From Enterobacterales bacterium (lineage in GTDB: Bacteria; Pseudomonadota; Gammaproteobacteria; Enterobacterales; GCA-2746155): 64,000 nucleotides of DNA. A program made the translations under genes and the position numbers. Below the pieces are notes generated by a model. That model saw nothing but the letters and a program-made list of their open reading frames with translations, made no database searches and was not told where the DNA came from. Where the stretch lies: assembly GCA_047618765.1 (NCBI GenBank), contig JBLHLI010000001.1, positions 8,449 through 72,448 on the forward strand. Direction: 5' to 3'. Below are positions 28,096-36,838 of this stretch, in pieces. Position 1 is the first letter of the stretch. Each line of letters starts with the position of its first letter.

Positions 28096-28504
28096 CCAAG
28101 CTCTATTAGTTCGTGAAGTAATGCTATCTTTAGCTAATACACCAGTGATTAGCGAAAAGGTGATTCTGAAAGAAGCCTTAGAAGAGATGTCGCGCAGTAG
28201 AATAGGTATTGTGTGTATTATCGATGAGCAGGCTAAATTGTTAGGCGTGCTTACGGATGGCGATATACGAAGAAAATTACTTAAAGTACAAAAACCTTTT
28301 TCAGCTTTTTTTGTTGATGATGCTCTTGAACATGCTATTCAATCGCCAACTTCAATTCAGCCTGATGATAGATTGATTGATGCAATACAGTTGATGGGCG
28401 AAAAACAAATTTGGGATTTACCGGTAACAGATTCTAAAGGAGCACTTCAGGGTTTACTCCATCTTCATCCTGCCATTCAGGCCTTAATGGGAATGGAAGC
28501 TTGA
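28079..28504 (+). CDS. Stand-alone CBS-pair protein resembling the C-terminal half of KdsD/KpsF (no SIS isomerase domain)
   Basis: 141 aa. LLGVLTDGDIRRKLL and LQGLLHLHPAIQA parallel E. coli KdsD IEGIFTDGDLRRVF and LLGVLHMHDLLRA. Starts 17 nt inside the kdsA-like gene, so there is no room for an SIS domain. Confidence 0.65.
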   Translation: MSIQNNQALLVREVMLSLANTPVISEKVILKEALEEMSRSRIGIVCIIDEQAKLLGVLTDGDIRRKLLKVQKPFSAFFVDDALEHAIQSPTSIQPDDRLIDAIQLMGEKQIWDLPVTDSKGALQGLLHLHPAIQALMGMEA

Positions 28505-29451
28505 TCTGTTCTGGCCAAGATGTCTTTAATTACTTATCATCTGAAGCCACAAAAGAAGACCCAGGCGAGAGCTCTCATTGGAAAAAATATAATAAGAATC
28601 TAAAGTTCTGTGGCGATGATTTTGATGGTGTTTATGGCTTTGGGTCTGATGCTAAACCATATAAAGGAATTAAAAAATTTCTGCATCACATGATGCAGCA
28701 TAAGTATAGAAAAATGGGGGAATCTTTTCCCGAGTTTTCTTCAATTGATAAAATCTCTCGTACTCTTGCTAAGAAGCAAGATCGTGCTTATAGTCTAGAT
28801 GTTTTGCGTCAAGCATTAACTGTGGGTCTGTTAAAGCAACATGTCGATTTTGAATCCCAATTAGAAAAATTAAATGTCTGTGTTATTGGCGACGGGTTTG
28901 CCACTATGACTTCCTTAGTACAATCGTATAAGGGTGTAGAAATAACATTTATGGTTAACCTTACAAAAACTTTAATGGTTGACCTTTGGTACTTAAAAAA
29001 ACATATTGGTGAAGAAGAATTTAACTCTTCTGTCAAAGTTGTTACAGATAAAGAGTCATTAGAACAAGTCATTAATTCAAGAAATGATAATCGTAAATTA
29101 ATAATAGCATTACAAGCTAAGCACAATAACCTGCTTGAGTATTGTCCGATAGACCTAGCGATAAATGTTGCCTCTATGCAGGAAATGCACCCAGATATCG
29201 TTGCTGATTACTTCTCCCATCTTCGCAAAGTGTCTGAAAAAAGAGCGGTATTATTTTATTGCTGTAATCGTGAAGAAAAGACTTTGCCTGGTGGCGAGGT
29301 TGTACGCTTTATGGAATACCCCTGGCAAGAAAATGATGAAATTACAGTGGATGAATTATGTCCATGGCATCAGCAATATTATGTTTTAAAGCCGCCTAGA
29401 TATATGAATTATGATGGCCCGATAAGGCATCGATTGGTTAAATTAAATTAA
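28501..29451 (+). CDS. Hypothetical Rossmann-like protein, possibly a sugar O-methyltransferase
   Basis: 316-codon ORF (TTG start, 4-nt overlap with the upstream gene). NVCVIGDGFATMT glycine-rich loop. No firm family assignment from motifs alone. Confidence 0.3.
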   Translation: MICSGQDVFNYLSSEATKEDPGESSHWKKYNKNLKFCGDDFDGVYGFGSDAKPYKGIKKFLHHMMQHKYRKMGESFPEFSSIDKISRTLAKKQDRAYSLDVLRQALTVGLLKQHVDFESQLEKLNVCVIGDGFATMTSLVQSYKGVEITFMVNLTKTLMVDLWYLKKHIGEEEFNSSVKVVTDKESLEQVINSRNDNRKLIIALQAKHNNLLEYCPIDLAINVASMQEMHPDIVADYFSHLRKVSEKRAVLFYCCNREEKTLPGGEVVRFMEYPWQENDEITVDELCPWHQQYYVLKPPRYMNYDGPIRHRLVKLN

Positions 29452-29466
29452 ATTAAGTGGATTGAG

Positions 29467-30258
29467 ATGAATAATATCTTTGAAAGTAGAAAAATATTAA
29501 GAGATAAATTAAGAAGTCGCGAACGATTATTTGCGGGTTGGGTATCTTATGCGGAGCCATCGATTACTGAGACGTTTGCGCGAGCAGGTTTTGATTTTAT
29601 GGCTATTGACATGGAACATTCAACCATTACATTGCCTCAAGCCCAGCGTATTATAGCGGCAAGCCAAAGCGAAGGTGTGCCTTGTTTACCGCGTCCGGTT
29701 TCCCAGTCTAATGATTGGTTTAAACCTTTGCTAGAGTCTGGTGCAGATGGACTGTTGGCGCAAATGGTAAATACTCCAGAAGAAGTGCATGATATCATTC
29801 AATGCCTTAAATACCCGCCACTGGGTAATCGTAGTTATGGTCTCAATAGAGCGCAAGCATATGGTTTTGATTTTGAAACGTATATAGAAAATTGGAATGA
29901 TTCTTCTAGTTTGATTATTCAAGTTGAATCAATACATGCGGTTGAAAATATTGATAAACTATTGGCCTTTGATGAAGTTGATGCAGTGATGGTAGGGCCT
30001 TATGATATATCGGGTTCATTAGGCGTCCCGGGCCAAACAACTCATCCTAAAGTTATCGAAGCTTCCAAAAAAGTCATTGATGCTTGTGAACGATTTAATA
30101 AAAGTTGTGGTACTCAAGTAGCCGATGTCTCTACAGAAAATGTACAAGCCTTGTTTGATTTGGGTTATACCTATGCAATCTTAGGTTCCGACTTATTTGT
30201 TCTGTGGAAATGGGCAGAGCGAATGGATGCAATGATGGGCTCACTACGTAAAAAATAA
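29467..30258 (+). CDS. HpcH/HpaI-family (class II, pyruvate-dependent) aldolase
   Basis: FMAIDMEHSTI, IIQVESIHAVENIDKLL and VDAVMVGPYDISGSLGVPGQ follow the HpcH/HpaI TIM-barrel motifs. Confidence 0.7.
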   Translation: MNNIFESRKILRDKLRSRERLFAGWVSYAEPSITETFARAGFDFMAIDMEHSTITLPQAQRIIAASQSEGVPCLPRPVSQSNDWFKPLLESGADGLLAQMVNTPEEVHDIIQCLKYPPLGNRSYGLNRAQAYGFDFETYIENWNDSSSLIIQVESIHAVENIDKLLAFDEVDAVMVGPYDISGSLGVPGQTTHPKVIEASKKVIDACERFNKSCGTQVADVSTENVQALFDLGYTYAILGSDLFVLWKWAERMDAMMGSLRKK

Positions 30259-30267
30259 AAGAAGATT

Positions 30268-31050
30268 ATGAATACTTATTTAAATAGTTTATTTAATTTA
30301 GAAGGTAAAGTGGCTGCAATCATAGGTGCTGGTGGGCACTTATGCAGTGAAATGGCAAGAGGGCTTTCCCAAGCAGGTTGTTCAGTTGTAATACTGGATT
30401 TAAAACTTGAAAAAGCGCAGCTCATTGAAAAAGAATTAAGAGAAATGGGCTGTGACAATGTGATTTCACTTACCATTGATGTGTCACAAAAGCAGCAGCA
30501 TATAGAGGCGCTACAGAAAGTTTTAGATGAATTTGGTGATCTTGATATTCTTGTTAATGGAGCAGGCATTAATGGGCCTACACCATTTCTAGAGATTACT
30601 TTAGATGAATGGCAAGCTATCATGGATTCGCAAATAACCGGTACATTCTTGGGGTGTCAAGTGTTTGGTGCCTACATGCTAGAAAAACAAAAAGGCTCGA
30701 TTATTAATGTCTCATCTGCATCGGCAGGGCCACCCTTATCCAAGGCATTTACCTACTCTGTTGCTAAGGCCGGGATCAAAAATTTAACACTTAACCTAGG
30801 TCGAGAATGGGGAGCAAGAGGTGTTCGTGTCAATGCTATTCGGCCAGGCTTTTTTCCTACTGAATGGAATAGGAAAAATTTTATTGATGCAGGAAGAGAA
30901 AAAGCAATCTTAGGTCATACACCAATGCAGCGTTATGGTGAAGTAAATGAACTAATTGGGGCAATACTTTGGTTGGCTTCAGACGCATCTTCTTTTGTCA
31001 CAGGCTCGGAAGTCACGGTTGATGGTGGGTTTTCGTGCATGACGATTTAG
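30268..31050 (+). CDS. Short-chain dehydrogenase/reductase (SDR)
   Basis: AAIIGAGGHLCSEMA cofactor loop, NGAGIN, catalytic YSVAKAG (YxxxK), IRPGFFPT. Confidence 0.75.
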   Translation: MNTYLNSLFNLEGKVAAIIGAGGHLCSEMARGLSQAGCSVVILDLKLEKAQLIEKELREMGCDNVISLTIDVSQKQQHIEALQKVLDEFGDLDILVNGAGINGPTPFLEITLDEWQAIMDSQITGTFLGCQVFGAYMLEKQKGSIINVSSASAGPPLSKAFTYSVAKAGIKNLTLNLGREWGARGVRVNAIRPGFFPTEWNRKNFIDAGREKAILGHTPMQRYGEVNELIGAILWLASDASSFVTGSEVTVDGGFSCMTI

Positions 31051-31109
31051 GTACTTAATTGACCGCCGTTCTCCGTGCCAACTGAATTTATTATATAGAG
31101 TCTAAATTA

Positions 31110-31859
31110 ATGCAAAATAATGTAGTTGTTATAACTGGAGGTAATAGGGGTATCGGCTTGGATATAACCGAGACTTTTATTAATGCAGGATACAAGGTTA
31201 TTGTAGGTGCAAGACAAGATTTTAATCTGGAGCAACGTTTCGGTGAAAATTTAAGCTTCCTTAAAACCGATGTGCGTAATGAGCAGGCGCATCAAAAGTT
31301 AGTTGAGTATGCGCATAGTAAATACGGAGGTTTGAACGTATTTATCAATAACGCTGGCTTTTCTGAGTGGATGCCAATTGAAGAAATAGAAAATGAATTT
31401 TTAGATGATATTATTAATACAAACATAAAAGGCGTGTTTTGGGGATGCAAGGTGGCTGCCAATACTATGTTAAATGGAGGAAGTATTATTAATATTTCAA
31501 GTCTCGCCGGTAAAAGAGGCAGTACAAATAACTCAGCTTATTGTGCAACAAAGTTTGCAGTTAATGGTATTACACAATCTTTAGCAAAAGAATTGGGGCC
31601 AAAAGGAATAAGGGTGAATGCATTGTGTCCAGTTTTGATTAAAACAGATGGGCTTGTTGAAGCTTTAAAGGGTATACATTCTCCGGCTAAGGGGCAGCCA
31701 GAAGAATTTATAGACAATTTTAGTGCTGCAAATTCAGCATTGGGGAGATTGCCAACAGGTCACGAAGTGGGGAAAATGTGCCTCAGTTTAGCTTCAGATA
31801 ATATGTCAGCCATTACTGGGCAGTGCATTAACGTTGATTGTGGCGTCTTTCCACAGTAG
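31110..31859 (+). CDS. Short-chain dehydrogenase/reductase (FabG-like SDR)
   Basis: VVVITGGNRGIG, NNAGFS, YCATKFA (YxxxK), LCPVLIKT. Confidence 0.8.
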   Translation: MQNNVVVITGGNRGIGLDITETFINAGYKVIVGARQDFNLEQRFGENLSFLKTDVRNEQAHQKLVEYAHSKYGGLNVFINNAGFSEWMPIEEIENEFLDDIINTNIKGVFWGCKVAANTMLNGGSIINISSLAGKRGSTNNSAYCATKFAVNGITQSLAKELGPKGIRVNALCPVLIKTDGLVEALKGIHSPAKGQPEEFIDNFSAANSALGRLPTGHEVGKMCLSLASDNMSAITGQCINVDCGVFPQ

Positions 31860-31871
31860 AGGTTTTGAGTA

Positions 31872-32654
31872 GTGAAAATTATTGCAGTAATACCAGCACA
31901 CCTTGCTTCAGTAAGGTTCCCAAGAAAGATCTTATATCCAATTCACAACTTGCCAATGATAGAGCATGTGCGACGACGTGCTTTGCTCTCAAATGAAATC
32001 TCAAGGGTAATAGTTGCCACATGTGACAATGAAATCGCTAATGTTATTCGTGGATATGGGGGAGAGGTTGTTATGACAGCAAATACCCATACCAATGGTA
32101 CAACACGTGTTGCAGAAGCTATATCTGATATAGAGTGTAGCCACGTCATGTTATTACAAGGTGATGAACCTTTGCTCTTACCTAACCATATTAATTCATT
32201 TGTTGATGCAATTAAAAAAGAACCTGATGTAAAGGCATGGAATGCTACAGGGCCAATTGATAGTGAGGATGAGCTAGACAGGCATTCTTTTGTAAAATGT
32301 GCAGTTTCCCATACCAATGAAATTTTATACTGTTTTCGGCGTTCTCCTTGTTATAGTGATTTTATCCAACAAAAACGCTTCGTTAGAAAGATTTTAGGAA
32401 TTATTGCGTATCGTAAAGATTACCTATTGCAACTAGCATTATCGCCAGTCTCAGCGATAGAACAGGCTGAGTTTATAGAACAAATGCGAATTGTCGAAAA
32501 CGGAGTGAAATTAAAATCTATAGCTGTAAATGAAAGCTTACCTTCAATAAATGAACCGCAAGAAGCTGATATTGTTAAAAAATATATATCGGCTTCGCAA
32601 GAGCAGAAAAAGATACTGCAAGCTATTTTGAATCAAGACGATCTACCTGCGTAA
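31872..32654 (+). CDS. kdsB: KdsB-like 3-deoxy-ulosonate cytidylyltransferase, CMP-sugar synthetase 3
   Basis: [31 protein letters not shown] compares with E. coli KdsB [39 protein letters not shown] compares with NVQGDEPMI. GTG start. Confidence 0.75.
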   Translation: [260 protein letters not shown]

Positions 32655-32656
32655 CC

Positions 32657-34159
32657 GTGCAGCCTGTTAACGAAGAAGGATATCAAAAGCTTTGTAAAGC
32701 GAGTAAAAAAATTTTAACTGCTAGTGATGTTACTGTTGAGCGAATAAGTGTTAGCTGGCTTCATATATTGCGTGCCCACCCATCGTTTTTAAGTAAATAT
32801 AGTCATCTTTTTGAAAATGTTCATTGGTGTATGGCTTATGCCAAGTTGGTAGTAAAAAAAACACGCTACAAATGTATTTGGTTTATTAGAATAGTTCAAT
32901 CAAGCTTTATGGCTAGGTTTAACTACAGTAAAGACAGTCAAGACGAACATGTGGATGTATTATTTATATCCCACCTGTTAAATGCCGAACAATTGTTTAA
33001 TGAAAAAGATTTTTATTATGGAGATTTGGTTGATAAATTATTGAGCCAAAAATATACTGCGCATACAGCATTTATAAACCATACAAAGCTGCATGATATA
33101 AATAAAGTATTAGATGATGGTGGTGAAAAAGTAAATAAATATATTTTTTCTAATGCTTTGTCCTTAAAAGAAGAAATAAACATATTTAACAAATTAAAAA
33201 AAGAGTGCAAAGAGATTAACCGCATTGCTTTGTCGGAAAACTTGGATTTCAACAAAAATTTTTATAGGCAAGCCTCAGTTGAAGCATTGTCTCAAAATTC
33301 AGCATTCAACCTTCGTTTGGCTTGCCAGCTAGAAATGTTAATAAATAAATTACAAGCTAGATTTGTCGTGTTGACGTATGAAGGGCATGCATGGGAAAGA
33401 GTGTTTTGTTCTGTGGTAAGAAATTTTTTCCCTGATGTAAAAATAATTGCATATGTGCATTCTGTTTTGTTTTATAAGCAAGATTCCTTGTTTCAAAGCT
33501 TCGCCCAAGAATTTAAGCCTGACTATGTTTTAACCACTGGAGAGGTGTCAAAAAATCAGCTAAAAAAATCTCATGTTTATTCTAATATTCCTATTTCTGT
33601 ATTAGGCTCATCTCGTGTACTTGATAATAAAGAAAATGGCGATATGGCCTATAAAAATAACAATAAAAATGTTTGTTTGGTTCTGCCTGAAGGAATAATT
33701 AGTGAGTGTAATTTGTTGTTTGAATTTTCATTAGGGTGTGCAAAAATAATGCCATGCATTGATTTTATATGGAGGCTTCACCCAAGTGTTAGTTTTGATC
33801 TCCTATTAAAAGAAAACTGCAATTTAGAATTTTTGCCTAAAAATATTGTTTTATCTGACGCGTCTATTGAAGACGACATGTCAAGGAGTTCTTGGGGGTT
33901 GTATAGAGGGTCTACAGCTATAATTCAATCTGTCATTTCAGGTCTCACACCAATTTACCTTGAAGTGGAGGGCGAAATCACCATCAATCCATTATACGAA
34001 TTCAGCCATAAAATTAAAAAAGTAAAAGGTATTTCAGACTTTAAAAATATTTTTGAAAAAGCTAATGTCGATGATCAACCAAGTAAAGATTTAATGGATT
34101 ATTGTATAAAGATATATCAGCCGTATAATGTACATAGCTTAACGAAGATTATTCAATGA
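32657..34159 (+). CDS. Uncharacterised protein with HP motif; candidate ulosonic-acid (Kdo-like) transferase
   Basis: 500 aa. VCLVLPEG, WRLHPSVSF (HP 375-376), LYRGSTAIIQSVISGLTPIYL (about 43 residues later). Immediately follows the KdsB-like gene with a 2-nt gap. Confidence 0.35.
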   Translation: MQPVNEEGYQKLCKASKKILTASDVTVERISVSWLHILRAHPSFLSKYSHLFENVHWCMAYAKLVVKKTRYKCIWFIRIVQSSFMARFNYSKDSQDEHVDVLFISHLLNAEQLFNEKDFYYGDLVDKLLSQKYTAHTAFINHTKLHDINKVLDDGGEKVNKYIFSNALSLKEEINIFNKLKKECKEINRIALSENLDFNKNFYRQASVEALSQNSAFNLRLACQLEMLINKLQARFVVLTYEGHAWERVFCSVVRNFFPDVKIIAYVHSVLFYKQDSLFQSFAQEFKPDYVLTTGEVSKNQLKKSHVYSNIPISVLGSSRVLDNKENGDMAYKNNNKNVCLVLPEGIISECNLLFEFSLGCAKIMPCIDFIWRLHPSVSFDLLLKENCNLEFLPKNIVLSDASIEDDMSRSSWGLYRGSTAIIQSVISGLTPIYLEVEGEITINPLYEFSHKIKKVKGISDFKNIFEKANVDDQPSKDLMDYCIKIYQPYNVHSLTKIIQ

Positions 34160-35079
34160 AAAAGAAAAAAGTATTAATAACTGGTGGGTCAGGGCTTTTA
34201 GGTATTAACTGGGCGCTTGCAATAAAAGATAACTATGATGTTGTTTTAGGGTTGCACAGTAAAGAGGTTATACTAGAGGGAGTCGAGACAATTAAAATCG
34301 ATATTGAGAATATTGAAGTTTTTAGAAAAGAAATTGATAAAATGTCTCCTGATATAATTGTTCACACTGCGGGCATGACAAATGTGGAGCAGTGTGAAAA
34401 CGATTTTGACATGGCAGAGTATATAAACTGTACATTATCTAAAAATATTGCAACCATTTGTAATGAAAAGAACATTAAATTAATACACATATCGACAGAC
34501 CATTTATATGATGGCAGAGAAAAAAATTTAACAGAAAATGATTTTACTTGTCCTGTCAATGTTTATGGAAAGACTAAGCTTGAAGGTGAAAGAGTTGTTT
34601 TTGAGGAGTGTCCAGATTCATTAATAGTTCGAACAAATTTTTTTGGATGGGGAGGCCCTTATAAACAATCATTTAGTGATTGGATAGTCTCTAACCTTAG
34701 GGCGGGTAATAAAATAAAGTTATTTGATGATGTATTTTATACGCCAATATTGATAGATAAGTTGGCATGTGTTTCGATGAAATTTATAGCTGGGAATGTA
34801 AAGGGTATTGTGAATATTGTTGGCGATGAAAGAATATCGAAATATGACTTTTGTAGTAAGCTTGCTAAAGAATTCGAGTTGCCTGAAGACTTAATTGAAA
34901 GAGCAAAAATAGCAAGTTCTAAATGTTTAACCCTGCGCCCTTTAGATATGTCGTTATCAAATCAATATGCACAAAGTCTTCATGGCGGGAAAATTGGAAA
35001 TGTTAATGAATATCTAACAGAGTTAAAGGCTCAAGAAAATAACGGGAGAGAAAAGATAGTGCGAAATGCATTTCGGTAA
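34156..35079 (+). CDS. RmlD-like NAD(P)H-dependent sugar 4-reductase (extended SDR)
   Basis: KVLITGGSGLLG, HTAGMTNV, YGKTKLEGE (YxxxK). 4-nt overlap with the upstream gene. Confidence 0.7.
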   Translation: MKKKKVLITGGSGLLGINWALAIKDNYDVVLGLHSKEVILEGVETIKIDIENIEVFRKEIDKMSPDIIVHTAGMTNVEQCENDFDMAEYINCTLSKNIATICNEKNIKLIHISTDHLYDGREKNLTENDFTCPVNVYGKTKLEGERVVFEECPDSLIVRTNFFGWGGPYKQSFSDWIVSNLRAGNKIKLFDDVFYTPILIDKLACVSMKFIAGNVKGIVNIVGDERISKYDFCSKLAKEFELPEDLIERAKIASSKCLTLRPLDMSLSNQYAQSLHGGKIGNVNEYLTELKAQENNGREKIVRNAFR

Positions 35080-35161
35080 ATAAGCCATGTATGCTTAGTT
35101 ATTGTTATAGCTGCTCTTAGAAATACACTTTAATATTATTAATAGTACAACGTGGTAATAG

Positions 35162-36028
35162 ATGAACTCCGAAGCCCATGAAATAGTTTCTGTGGTGATA
35201 GCCACCTTAGGTGGTAGCTCATTACATGAAACAATAAAAAGATTGAATTCAGGAACCATAATCCCAACAGAAATTATTGTTTGTATACCTAGGGAGCATG
35301 CAGCTCGTGTTCAAGGGTTTACTTATGATAATGTTAAGGTTTTAGAGACGGCAATAAAAGGCCAGGTTGCACAAAGGGCGCTTGGGTTCAGAGAAGCTCT
35401 TGGCGATTATATTTTACAGATTGATGATGATGTTCTGATAGACGGGAGGTGTCTGGAATACCTTGTTAGGACTTTAAAGACTAATGGCCGCAAAGCTGTT
35501 GCTGGTGCGGCGATATATGAGACTGTTTCAGATAAGCCCGTATATAATAAAATAAAGAAAGGGGTAGTTTTACAAAGAATTTATTATTGGCTGTTGAATG
35601 GAAAAGACGGGTATAAACAAGGTGTTGTTGATCGGGCAGGCGTAAACATAGGCGTGAATTATTTAACGGTTAATGAAGACGAGGTTTCTGTTGAATGGTT
35701 AGCTGGCGGTTGTGTTGCGCACTATAAAGAAAATCTAATATTAGAAAACTTCTATCCGTTTGAAGGTAAGGCCTATAGTGAGGATTTGATCCATTCTTAT
35801 CTGCTATCTTCTGCTGGAAATAAATTAATAGTCAATGTGAATGCTAAATGTTATATAGATATTTTGTGTGCTGACAAGATGAGCTTTAAAGAATATTGGA
35901 ATATCTTTAGATTTGATTATAGGGCGCGACTTTACTACGTTAAACTAACAGAAAAAAGTTTGTTGAGAATGCATGTGTACTATTTGACATGGTTTATGAG
36001 TTATTGTTTTAAACATTTCTTTCGATAA
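35162..36028 (+). CDS. Family 2 (GT-A) glycosyltransferase
   Basis: VSVVIATLGGSS and LQIDDDVL (DxD). Size typical of GT2. Confidence 0.65.
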   Translation: MNSEAHEIVSVVIATLGGSSLHETIKRLNSGTIIPTEIIVCIPREHAARVQGFTYDNVKVLETAIKGQVAQRALGFREALGDYILQIDDDVLIDGRCLEYLVRTLKTNGRKAVAGAAIYETVSDKPVYNKIKKGVVLQRIYYWLLNGKDGYKQGVVDRAGVNIGVNYLTVNEDEVSVEWLAGGCVAHYKENLILENFYPFEGKAYSEDLIHSYLLSSAGNKLIVNVNAKCYIDILCADKMSFKEYWNIFRFDYRARLYYVKLTEKSLLRMHVYYLTWFMSYCFKHFFR

Positions 36029-36051
36029 ATTTCTTTACTATTATAAAAAAT

Positions 36052-36804
36052 ATGAATGAAAAAACTATTAGACCCAAGGTAAGCGTAATAATACCTTTTT
36101 ATAAAAGATATGAATTTGTTGTTCGTGCTATTGATTCTGTGCTTACACAGACATATACAAACTTTGAAATCCTCTTGATAAATGACGGTACTCCCAATAA
36201 TGCTGGAGTAGATGAAATTGTAAAGCAGTCAGAAAAAATACGTTATTTTAAACTTGAGAAAAATGTCGGCCCAAGCGGTGCAAGAAATTACGGAATTAAA
36301 TATTCAAAAGGGACTTATATTGCATTTCTTGATTCAGATGATCAGTGGGAAAAAAATAAGTTGTCTGTGCAGATTGAAATGATGGAAAAAAACTCTTGGG
36401 ACTTTTCGCATACATCTTATTGGAGGCACGATACATCAGTTGATAAAATTGAAATAGTTCGGAGCGGGAGAGGTATAAATAAATACCCTTTAATTGCGTT
36501 TCATTGTTCTATTGTCACACCTTCTGTTGTGATTCGTAGAGAGCTCTTGCAAAAATATCTTTTTAACCCTGAATTAAGAATAGGGGAGGATGTATTACTA
36601 TGGATGGAGCTCTCTAGGAAGACAAAAATACATGGTATTGATCAGCCACTTGCACATGTCTACATAGGCCATCAAAATCACGTCAAGGATAAAGCTATAA
36701 AAGAATATGGGCTATATGTGATTGGTCGCGAAGCATTTTCAAATAATTTCATTCTGTGTCTTATCCATAAAGTATATAGGCGCTTGAGAACCATTGTTAA
36801 ATAA
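36052..36804 (+). CDS. Family 2 (GT-A) glycosyltransferase
   Basis: VSVIIPFYKRYEFVVRAIDSVLTQTYTNFEILLINDGTPN, GPSGARNYG, FLDSDDQW. Confidence 0.85.
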   Translation: MNEKTIRPKVSVIIPFYKRYEFVVRAIDSVLTQTYTNFEILLINDGTPNNAGVDEIVKQSEKIRYFKLEKNVGPSGARNYGIKYSKGTYIAFLDSDDQWEKNKLSVQIEMMEKNSWDFSHTSYWRHDTSVDKIEIVRSGRGINKYPLIAFHCSIVTPSVVIRRELLQKYLFNPELRIGEDVLLWMELSRKTKIHGIDQPLAHVYIGHQNHVKDKAIKEYGLYVIGREAFSNNFILCLIHKVYRRLRTIVK

Positions 36805-36838
36805 ATCTATTTTTTGAGAGGCTGTATGGTAAGAAATA

